From: Longimicrobiales bacterium
Lineage (GTDB): Bacteria > Gemmatimonadota > Gemmatimonadetes > Longimicrobiales > Gaopeijiaceae
Length of the DNA stretch: 64,000 bases
Direction: 5' to 3'
NCBI GenBank assembly: GCA_965238005.1
Contig: OZ250165.1
Span: 32,001-96,000, forward strand
Shown: positions 50,909 through 59,912 of the stretch, piece after piece
Layout: each line of letters opens with the position of its first letter
Numbering within the stretch: position 1 is the stretch's first letter
Made by a program: the position numbers and the translations under genes
Notes under the pieces: generated by a model
Seen by the model: the letters and a program-made list of their open reading frames with translations, nothing else
What the model was told of the DNA's origin: nothing
Databases searched by the model: none

Positions 50909-53615
50909 CTAGGCGCCCTGGGCGGTGGACTCGAGGTCATCCCGCTCGAGGTCATGCAGCACGCCACGGATTCGCTCGATCAGCTCATCGTCTGAAAGTT
51001 TGTTCTCACCGGGATCTCCGAGGAGCTCCGTCAGCTCGTCCCGAAGGTGCTTGCCCGCGTACGCGGGGCGGCTTCCCAAGCCTTCCCAGATGGCCCGCGC
51101 GTCCTCCATATGTCCCGCGCCGATGAGGAAGAAGGCGAGGTCGTGGGCGCAGAACCACAATAGCGGCAGGTCTCCGGACACGATGAACGAGCGAAGCGCT
51201 CGAGAGAGTTGTACTCGCCCCCTGCCGGGCTCTTCCACACGGACGATGGCAGTCGCTGCTTGGGCCGCCGCAATGCCAGCGACCAGGGGGAGTCCGTGAC
51301 GCCCGGCGAGCTCGCATGATCGATCGAAGTTCCGCAGCGCGAGCTCGGGGTCGCTATCCGAATAGGCACGCCCCGTGGCGAAATACGCCCAGCCGAGGGC
51401 CGTGGTGTTCCCGGTCTCCTCCGCGGCCTCGAGCGCCTCGGCCGCGATGCGCTTAGCCTCGTCCATGCGCCCCGCCATCACCGCTTCTGTCGCCTCCAGG
51501 CTCTTGAGCGTCGTCGCCCAGGCCTGGTTCCCGGTGCGCACTACGCTCTCCACCGCACGCTGAATGACGTCGTCGATATCGGCGCTCCCCAAGACTGCCG
51601 CAACCGACCACCTAGCCCACGCTTGGAGGCACGCCTCATCGAGGTCGATGTTCTCGGAACGATCCATTCCGGACGCGAGCCGGGTCGCATCGTCGATTCG
51701 CCCACCCTGTGCGCGGAGGTGGACGGCGCGAGCCGGGTCGCATCGTCGATTCGCCCACCCTGTGCGCGTGGACGGCCACGGCCCGAGCGGGCGGCTCAGG
51801 GATGAGGGCCAGCGCCGCTTCGGCCCAGTTCCCCACCTCGTACCGTAGCGATTGCCACGCCCACCATTGGAGTGGTTTCAACAGCGCGCCCACGGCATCG
51901 CGGTCCTCGTTGTCGATCGCCGCATGGACGGCCGAGCGGAGATTCTCGAACTCGTGGCCGATAGCCCGGATCCAGGGGGCGTCATCCGGGCTCCAGAATC
52001 CGGTCCAAGCGTCCCGCATGAAGCTGGCGAACCACTGGACGTGCCGGTCTTGAACCTTCCCTCCTTCACCCGATGCGATCAACTGCTCCTCACCGAATTG
52101 CCGGAGCGTCTCGAGAAGCCTGTAGCGCGTTCCGTCTTCGGTGTCCGATGCCAGGACCATCGATCGGTCGACCAACGCGGCGATGGCCTCCTCGGCATCC
52201 AACGCGTCCATGTCGTCGCCGCTCGTAACTTCTTTGGCCGCTTCCAGCGTGAATCCCCCTGCGAACGCACTGAGTCGATCGAAGACGCGCTGTTCCAAGT
52301 CCTCGAGCAGCTCGTATGACCACGCGACCGTATTCCGCAGCGTCTGGTGACGCTCCTCACGACCTCTCCGGCTGCCCCGAAGGAGCCGGAAGCGATCGTC
52401 GAGGCGCTTCTCGATCTCTTCCGGGCTCAAACTCGCGCATCGGGCCGCCGCGAGCTCGATAGCTAAAGCAATGCCGTCCAGGCGAGCGCTCAGCCGGGCG
52501 AGCACCTCCGGGTCCATCTCGCTCTCGGAGCCCGCAGCCCTTGCCCGATCCCGGAATAGCTCCGCGCCCTCCGTGTCGCTCAAGGACTTCAGGCGCAGTA
52601 CCCGCTCGCCCCGGATCGCCAGGCTCTCGCGGCTCGTAGCGAGAATCCGGGCCGCCGGACATCGGGTGGTGACGGCGCTCGCGAGATCGGCCGCGACTTC
52701 GAGCACGTGTTCGCAGTTATCCAGGACGAGCAGGACCGAGCGGTGCCTCAACGAGTCGACCACGGACTCGGTGATCGACTTGCCCGGCTGCTGGACCGCA
52801 CCGATCACATCAGCGATCACATGAGGTACCGCCTCTTCAAGCGTCGCCGGGGCAAGCTCGGCCAGCCAAGCTCCATCACCAAAGCGTGGAAGTAGGCGAG
52901 TCGAGGCTTCGATCGCCAGCCGGGTCTTTCCCGTGCCGCCTGGTCCGGTGAGCGTCAGCAGATCAACGCCGTCGCCCAGTAGGTCAGTGATTTCAGTGAT
53001 CTCCCGCTCGCGGCCCACGAGCCGCGTCACCTGGATGGGGAGGTTAGTCAGTCGGTTCTCGAGGGTTCTGAGCGGCGGGAAGTCGCGCGGCAGCGCCGCG
53101 TGGAGGAGCTGGAATAGCCGGTCCGGCTCGCTCAGATCCTTGAGGCGATGCTCGCCGAGATCGAGGACCGCGAAGCCGGTGTCCTCTTCCTCGATCAGTC
53201 CACGCGTCGTGTGCGAAAGGAGAACCTGCCTGCCGTGCCCGGCCGCGCAGATGCGCGCCCCGCGGTGGACACCTACGCCGACGTAACCCTCGCTCGTCGC
53301 CGTCGCCTCGCAGGTGTGGATGCCCATGCGCACCCGGAGCTCTCGGCCGTCCGGCCACGCGTGCCCCGCGAATGTGCGTTGCGCCTCTACCGCGGCACGG
53401 ACGGCATCCTGCGCCCGTCTGAACGCTACGAAGAAAGCGTCCCCCTGCGTGTCGACCTCGTAGCCACCGTGCCGTGCGACCACGTCGCGCAGGAGCCGGC
53501 GGTGGCTCTCAAGTGCGTCCCGGTATCGATCAGCTCCCAGTTCCCGGAGTAGCTGGGTCGACCCCTCGATGTCCGTGAAGAGGAACGTGACAGTCCCGGT
53601 CGGGAGATCAGGCAT
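50909..53615 (-). pseudogene. Class III adenylate/guanylate cyclase - STAND ATPase - TPR protein, frameshifted near 51670-51770
   Basis: TFLFTDIEGST, GDAF, RMGIH; GPGGTGKT, LVLDNCEH, ATSRE; C-terminal helical repeats in a second ORF (50909..51667). Confidence 0.8.
51674..51768. repeat. 42-bp direct repeat with 53-bp period
   Basis: CGCGAGCCGGGTCGCATCGTCGATTCGCCCACCCTGTGCGCG at 51674-51715 and 51727-51768. Confidence 0.9.
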
Positions 53616-53961
53616 CGTAGCGGCCTTCGAGGGCTGAGGTTAGGCGAGAGACGGGATCGGGCACGGGCGCACTCCGGGATCAGTCCGTGGTCAACATCCG
53701 AGAGCGGTCCGGTGGGCGCAAGCAGGACGTGCCCGAAGAGCCCGGTCTTCCCCCGAACACCGGCCTGTTGGTGCTTCAATGGGCCTGCTATTCAGGTCGT
53801 CGGCCGGCAGATCGTGCGCCCTAGCAAGGATCATGCGGTTTCTTTCCAAGTCCTCAACGAGACCTCATATCGTCGACAAAACTCTGGCCGTCCGGCCTCG
53901 ACCTTGCAAACGCCCCGGGCCGATTCAACCTTGCTCCCTTCTCTTGGACCGGGAGAGTTAG

Positions 53962-55875
53962 GTGAACCTCGTCTCACCAACAGTCACGAAATGGATCGAG
54001 GACGGGCAACGGGATCCCGAGGCGTTTTGGGAACGGGCCGCGCAGGCGCTGCCGTGGTTCCGAACTTGGGACCGCGTCTACGATGCGGATCCACCGACGT
54101 TCCGTTGGTTCGTGGGTGCCGAGACCAACATCGCGTACAACGCGTTGGACCATCATGTGGCGGAGGGGAACGGCGACCGAGACGCCCTGATCTACTTCAA
54201 CGAGCGCGGCGACAGAGCCGTGTTCACATACGTCCAACTCCTTCACGAGGTAACCCGGGTGGCGGCCGCCTTGCGCGGCCTCGGGGTCGGAAAGGGCGAC
54301 CGTGTGACCCTCTCGATGCCGACGTGCCCCGAGGCGGTCATGCTCATGCTGGCCAGCATGAGGATCGGTGCGATTCACTCGGTGGTCTTTGCGGGATTCG
54401 GAGCGCAGGCGCTCGCGGATCGGATTTCGGCCAGTGGTTCCCGCGTGGTGTTCACGGCCGACATCACCTACCGCAAGGGCAAGGAGGTCCCGCTCAAGCC
54501 ACTCGTAGACGATGCACTGCGGTCGGGCGGGGACGAGGTGGAGCACGTGGTCGTGGTGCAGCGGTCCGCCGTCCCGGAGTCCCTCGACGGCGACCGTGAC
54601 ATCTCCTGGGATGCCTTTCTCGCCGGCGCCGAGGGCCAGTCCGGCGACTGGGAATCGATGGAGGCGAACGAGCCGGCCTTCATCCTCGCTACCTCCGGAA
54701 CGACCGCCAAACCCAAGCTGGCGATCCACAGACACGGCGGCTACCAGGTGCACGTGGTCGCGATGGGACGGTGGTGCTTCGGGCTGAAGCCCTCCGACGT
54801 GTGGTGGGCCACATCCGATATCGGCTGGATCGTGGGGCACAGCTACATGGTGTACGGTCCGCTGCTTATCGGCTGTGCGACGATCGTCTTCGAGGGCGCG
54901 CTCGACTATCCGGAGCCCGAGGGCAACTGGCGCACCGCCGTCGAGGAATTCGGGGCCACCGGGATCTTCACGTCGCCCACGGCGGTCAGGGCGCTCATGC
55001 GTTACGGCGACGACCCTCTCAAGAGCGTCGATCACTCGAGGCTCGAACGAGTGGTCTCCGCCGGGGAAGTCCTCAACGCACCGGCCTGGGACTGGCTCCA
55101 GAACACGATTCTAGCGGGCCGCGTACCCGTCATCGACCACATGTGGCAGACGGAGACGGGCGGGCCGGCGTTCGGCAATCCGTACGGGATCGAGATGCTC
55201 CCCATCAAGCCGGGCTCAGCCGCGATTCCGCTCCCGGGCATCGACGCAGGTGTCGTCAGGACCGATGGCACGCCGTGCGAAGTCGGGGAGTCAGGGATCA
55301 TGGTGTTCAAGCGTCCCTTCCCGGGCCTGACCGCCGCGCTGTGGGGTGAGCCGGAGCGGTACGGCCGCGACTACTGGGAGAAAGTCCCCGGCCTCTACTA
55401 CAGCGGCAACTCGGCACGCGTCGACGAGGACGGTTACTACTGGTTCACGGGTCGAGCCGATGAGGTCATCAAGATCGCCGCGCACCGGATGGGCGCCATC
55501 GAGGTGGAGAGTGCCTGTCTCAAGCATCCGGCTGTGGCCGAGTGCGGGGTGGTCGGACGCCCTGACGAACTCCGCGGGGAGGTGATCGCGGGCTTCGTCG
55601 TGCTCAAGAACGATCAGACTCCGTCCGACGAGCTCCGCCAGGCTCTGATCGACACGATTCGGCACGAGCTCGGCCCGATCGCGGTCATCGGTGAGCTCAA
55701 CTTCGTCTCGCTACTACCCAAGACCCGCAGCGGGAAGATCATGCGGCGCGTGTTGAAGGCGGTGGTCCTGGCCCAGGATCCGGGCGACATCACGACGATC
55801 GAAGACGAGGGGTCCGTCGAGGAGGCTCGACGGGCCTGGAAACGGATGAAGGACGAGATGGGGCAGGAAGCATGA
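53962..55875 (+). CDS. acs: Acetate/propionate-CoA ligase (AMP-forming)
   Basis: TSGTTAKPK, DIGWIVGHSY, DHMWQTETG, GRADEV, PKTRSGKIMRR. Confidence 0.9.
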   Translation: MNLVSPTVTKWIEDGQRDPEAFWERAAQALPWFRTWDRVYDADPPTFRWFVGAETNIAYNALDHHVAEGNGDRDALIYFNERGDRAVFTYVQLLHEVTRVAAALRGLGVGKGDRVTLSMPTCPEAVMLMLASMRIGAIHSVVFAGFGAQALADRISASGSRVVFTADITYRKGKEVPLKPLVDDALRSGGDEVEHVVVVQRSAVPESLDGDRDISWDAFLAGAEGQSGDWESMEANEPAFILATSGTTAKPKLAIHRHGGYQVHVVAMGRWCFGLKPSDVWWATSDIGWIVGHSYMVYGPLLIGCATIVFEGALDYPEPEGNWRTAVEEFGATGIFTSPTAVRALMRYGDDPLKSVDHSRLERVVSAGEVLNAPAWDWLQNTILAGRVPVIDHMWQTETGGPAFGNPYGIEMLPIKPGSAAIPLPGIDAGVVRTDGTPCEVGESGIMVFKRPFPGLTAALWGEPERYGRDYWEKVPGLYYSGNSARVDEDGYYWFTGRADEVIKIAAHRMGAIEVESACLKHPAVAECGVVGRPDELRGEVIAGFVVLKNDQTPSDELRQALIDTIRHELGPIAVIGELNFVSLLPKTRSGKIMRRVLKAVVLAQDPGDITTIEDEGSVEEARRAWKRMKDEMGQEA

Positions 55876-56864
55876 GCGAATTCGACGCGTACCGGATCTT
55901 CGAGGAGGAAGGCGAGATCGAAGGTCGACTCGTGAAGGCCAACCTCGACGAGCTCAGCCCGGGCGACGTGGTCATCCGGACCGCCTGGTCTAGCGTCAAT
56001 TACAAGGACGCCTTGGCGGCCACCGGTGCCGGGAAGATCATCCGCGACTTTCCGTTGATTGGGGGCATCGACCTCGCGGGGTCGGTGGTCTCGAGCACGG
56101 ACTCCTCGTTCGCCGTGGGGGACGACGTGCTCGTCACCGGCTATGATCTCGGCGTCGGTCACGATGGCGGGTTCGCGGAGTACGCCCGGGTACCGGCCGA
56201 GTGGGTCGTCCTTGTCCCCGAGGGCCTGACAACGTTCGACGTGATGGCGATCGGCACGGCCGGCTTCACCGCGGCGCTGTCCATCGTCCGGATGGAGCGA
56301 ATCGGTCTGTCACCCGTGGACGGTCCGGTCATCGTCACGGGCGCTACCGGGGGCGTGGGGAGCGTCGCGGTGGAGCTGCTCGCTACCCTCGGCTATGACG
56401 TCACCGCGCTCACCGGCAAGGACAGCGAGCATGACCATCTGCGCTCGCTCGGGGCCAAGGAAGTGCTTTCCAGGCACGAGCTCGAGATGGGCACGCGCCC
56501 GCTCGGGAAGTCCACGTGGGCCGGAGCCGTCGACCCGGTAGGTGGCGACATCTTAGCCTGGCTGACACGAACCATGAAGTACGGCGGATGTATCTCCAGC
56601 TCGGGGCTCACGGCTGGCATCGACCTCAACACCACGGTCCTGCCATTCATCCTCAGGGGCGTGAGCCTTCTCGGTATCGACTCGGCCATGTGCCCCATGG
56701 AGCAACGACGTGAGGTGTGGCAACGGCTGGCGACGCACATGAAGCCGGCCCGCCTGCCGACGCTCGCTGAGGAGATTACCCTCGCGGGTCTTCCGGGGGC
56801 GTTCTCGACGATGCTGGCCGGTGAGGCCCGCGGACGTAAGGTCGTGAAGATCGCACCCTATTGA
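55872..56864 (+). CDS. acuI: YhdH/AcuI-family acryloyl-CoA reductase
   Basis: SSVNYKDALA, GTAGFTAAL, VTGATGGVGS, PFILRGVSLLGIDS. Confidence 0.85.
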   Translation: MSEFDAYRIFEEEGEIEGRLVKANLDELSPGDVVIRTAWSSVNYKDALAATGAGKIIRDFPLIGGIDLAGSVVSSTDSSFAVGDDVLVTGYDLGVGHDGGFAEYARVPAEWVVLVPEGLTTFDVMAIGTAGFTAALSIVRMERIGLSPVDGPVIVTGATGGVGSVAVELLATLGYDVTALTGKDSEHDHLRSLGAKEVLSRHELEMGTRPLGKSTWAGAVDPVGGDILAWLTRTMKYGGCISSSGLTAGIDLNTTVLPFILRGVSLLGIDSAMCPMEQRREVWQRLATHMKPARLPTLAEEITLAGLPGAFSTMLAGEARGRKVVKIAPY

Positions 56865-56869
56865 ATCGC

Positions 56870-56967
56870 ACGACCTGACCCAAAAGATACGCACGCCTGC
56901 CCTGTCGAACCTCACTCCCGTCGCAGCGTCCATCCGGCCCGATGAACCGAAACGGCCTGAGCCTGAG
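56870..56967. repeat. ~98-bp direct repeat, copy 1
   Basis: ACGACCTGACCCAAAAGATACG...GATGAACCGAAACGGCCTGAGCCTGAG; diverged match to 62634-62732. Confidence 0.88.
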
Positions 56968-56975
56968 CCACCCTC

Positions 56976-57296
56976 CTACTCCGCGCCGAGCTCGCTCCGA
57001 AGCTCTTCGAGAGCATCGGGAAGACTCTCACGACCCGGGACGAGCGCAAACTCCGCAGCCCAGCGATGGAGATAGTCCCAATCCAGTTCGAGTCCCTTGC
57101 GCCTGACCACCCCGACGGCGTCCTCGATGTCGCGGGGACGCCCTGCGGGACCAACCCCGAGCGTGACGTCCACGTCTTGCGTCAAGCGCGGTTCGCCGTG
57201 CAGGAGGACGGCCTGCCCCCCGATGATCATGAAGGGCACCTCCCGCTCCTCCAGAACTCGCGAGAGACGTGAGAGCAGCGCCTTGAAGTCAGGCAT
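56976..57296 (-). pseudogene. Nucleotidyltransferase (MNT/DUF6036-like), internally deleted
   Basis: PFMIIGGQAVLLHGEPRLTQDVD joins almost directly to AGRPRDIED...LDWDYL; the middle of the fold is absent. Confidence 0.7.
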
Positions 57297-57642
57297 CCGG
57301 CGGGAGCCCATTGATGGCTCGTGCGACAGCTAGGTCGGGAACGAGATCGGCCTTCCAATCGCCAGGGCTCGGGTGAGGATCGGATCAAGGACGCTTCCCG
57401 TTGAAAGGCACCGGTCGAACCGTGCCTCCATAAGATAGCTGTCTTTTCACCCTCCGGCCCGAAGGAGCGATGTCGACGCCGTCCTGTTCCAATACTCAGC
57501 CGGCGGCTATTCGTTGTCGGGATAGCCGCTGACCGGAGATTCGACTGCAGTCGACCTTCTGCTATTCAGGTGTCTCTTGCGGCAGTTCCAGGAGGAGTCC
57601 AGATACGTTTGTCAGGCGGCAGGCGCTGCATTACAGGACGGC

Positions 57643-58725
57643 CTAGCCTCTAGATGCCAGCGCTCTGAGTCGCTGCTCCGCATCCGCGGCTAATTGGCGG
57701 GTCAGATCGCCGGCGCCGATTTCGCGGCCGAGGCTTGCCGCTTGTCCTGACCACAGCAAAGAGAAATCGCGGGACCCTGCCGCCTCTGCTTTTGCTTTCA
57801 GCGGCGCCAGGGCCCTACCAGCTGTCGGGAACGCTGGCGCCCGGTCCGACATCGGCCCGACCTCCCGCATGACTCGATTCATTAGCCCCCGCGCCGGTCT
57901 GCCGGAAAAAACGTTCGTCAATGCAGTTTGATCATCACGCGCGGCGCGTAGTGCAGCGCGCTGTAGATCCGTGATCAACGACTCCGGCGTGAAAAGGTAA
58001 GCGGTGCCGATTTGAGCGCCTGCCGCGCCGAGAGCGAAAGCCGCCGCAATGCCCCGCCCGTCGGCAATCCCGCCGGCGGCGATCACCGGCACCTTTACTG
58101 CATCGACGACCTGCGGCACCAGGGCAAAAGTTCCTGGCTGTGTGGCGATATCGTCTGTCAGAAACATGCCACGATGACCGCCCGCCTTGTACCCCTGGGC
58201 AACAATCGCATCGCAACCATGGTCTTCGAGCCACCGTGCTTCTTCCACCGTGGTCGCAGAGCTGAGCACTAGGCAGCCAGACGCCTTGACACGGCCTAGG
58301 AGCGCCTGTTCGGGTAGCCCGTAATGAAAGCTGACAACTTCCGGTTTGTGCTCTTCGACGACTTCGCACGTCGCCTCATCGAAAGGGGCGCGATGGACGG
58401 CAGGCGCGGAGGCAGAGGCGTCTATACCAAGCTCGGTATAGTACGCTGCCAGCCGCTCCTTCCATGCTGCATCGCGACCGGGATCCGGTTCGGGCGGTAC
58501 ATGACAGAAGAAGTTGACGTTCAAAGGCTTGGTCGTGTGTCGCCGTACGACCCCGATCTCTGCCCGCGCTTTGGCTGCGTCGAGCATGCCATAAGGCAGC
58601 GACCCGAGTCCGCCCGCCTCGCTGGCGGCAATCGCCATTGCCGGCCCGTTCGCCCCCGCCAAAGGAGCCTGAATAATCGGTAGTTCAATACCGATTAGAT
58701 CGAGCAACCTGCGATCAGGCCACAT
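57643..58725 (-). CDS. Nitronate monooxygenase (2-nitropropane dioxygenase family)
   Basis: PIIQAP.AG, GGLGSL, VVSFH.G, AGGHRG, IAAGGIADG, FSGRPARG, LWSGQ. Confidence 0.92.
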   Translation of the reverse strand: MWPDRRLLDLIGIELPIIQAPLAGANGPAMAIAASEAGGLGSLPYGMLDAAKARAEIGVVRRHTTKPLNVNFFCHVPPEPDPGRDAAWKERLAAYYTELGIDASASAPAVHRAPFDEATCEVVEEHKPEVVSFHYGLPEQALLGRVKASGCLVLSSATTVEEARWLEDHGCDAIVAQGYKAGGHRGMFLTDDIATQPGTFALVPQVVDAVKVPVIAAGGIADGRGIAAAFALGAAGAQIGTAYLFTPESLITDLQRAALRAARDDQTALTNVFSGRPARGLMNRVMREVGPMSDRAPAFPTAGRALAPLKAKAEAAGSRDFSLLWSGQAASLGREIGAGDLTRQLAADAEQRLRALASRG

Positions 58726-58892
58726 GGATTCCACTCCTTTTCCTGCGATCCAATATTCTCCATTTTCAGGTCTCTGCGGCGGCTGGTTCATGACCTGACG
58801 TTCGCGGTAGAGAGCTCAGGCTCAGGACCCCTGAGCACGACGCTGCGGTTGTGCCTCAGGTCCTGGGCCAGGAGACCGTGGCCATCCCTCCT

Positions 58893-59654
58893 TCACCTAA
58901 GAACGGCAGATCGTGCGCGGTCGACACTCTCCGCCAACTCCCAGCGCACGTCGCGGAGCCAGACCTCGGCTCGAGCACCCAGCTGATCCGTATCGGCCAT
59001 CAGCCCCACTGCACTGATTTCGTCGGGGTCGCGGTCGAAGGCCCGACGAAAGTCCTCGTCCGGGTTTCGGCGTTCCGTGAGCCACCGCCCCGTGCCGTCT
59101 TGCGAGTTGCGCAGCACAACCACCGCGATCCGGTCGCTCACGTGCGAGACGAAGGTGTCGCCCCTGGGCTCTCGGCCACCCCACGTGTAGAAGATCAACC
59201 GCCGGCGCCCGAAGAGCCCGCCGCCGCCGAACGCGACGAAGAATCGGGCTGGTGCGTCGTCGAGCTCGGCTTCCCGCAGGACGACACCGGTGAGGTGACG
59301 ATCTACGCGCCAGCGCCACGAAAGGAAGCCGTCGCCGGGCCGAAGATGATCGTCCAGCTCGAGCCAGGCCTGACCGGCCGCGTCCTCGGCGACCATCCTG
59401 ATCGCCTTCCCGGGGGGCGCTCCCGCGTCAGCGTCCGTACGAACGACGCTGGTCAGGGGTGGAGCTTCGTCCCCGACTGTACGGAGGCTCCATCCGGGGG
59501 GCAGCGCATCGCCGATCTCGGCCTCGGCGAGGCGGTCGAGCGAGGCGGAAGCCTGTGGCGAGGCTGACTCTTCGACGCTTGGTGGCCCGAGCAGGATGGC
59601 GCCCAGGGTCGCGAGCATCACTGTCCTGGGGCCGTCGATCGACAACGTGAACAC
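58893..59654 (-). CDS. DUF3047 domain protein
   Basis: LSWRWRV, DDAPAR..V.F, YTW, W.TERRN...DF...F, MADTDQ. Confidence 0.82.
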   Translation of the reverse strand: MFTLSIDGPRTVMLATLGAILLGPPSVEESASPQASASLDRLAEAEIGDALPPGWSLRTVGDEAPPLTSVVRTDADAGAPPGKAIRMVAEDAAGQAWLELDDHLRPGDGFLSWRWRVDRHLTGVVLREAELDDAPARFFVAFGGGGLFGRRRLIFYTWGGREPRGDTFVSHVSDRIAVVVLRNSQDGTGRWLTERRNPDEDFRRAFDRDPDEISAVGLMADTDQLGARAEVWLRDVRWELAESVDRARSAVLR

Positions 59655-59912
59655 GTTGATTCCCTTCAGTCGCGTTACGCGTGCCTACCTAGCCGCCACT
59701 GGACGTCGTCGTCTCCCATTCGGACAGGTCGTCCCTGATCACGGGCACGTCCAAGTGCTCTTCGAGCAGCTGGAAGCGACGCTGCTCCTCGCGCTCGAAG
59801 GTCTCCCTATCGGGATAGAGCGGTGGCACAGCCACCGTCGTAAGCTCGCCACGGATCTCAAGGAGACACCCCTGACAGATATGTGTGCCCTGGTGAGGAT
59901 GGCGGCGGCCGA

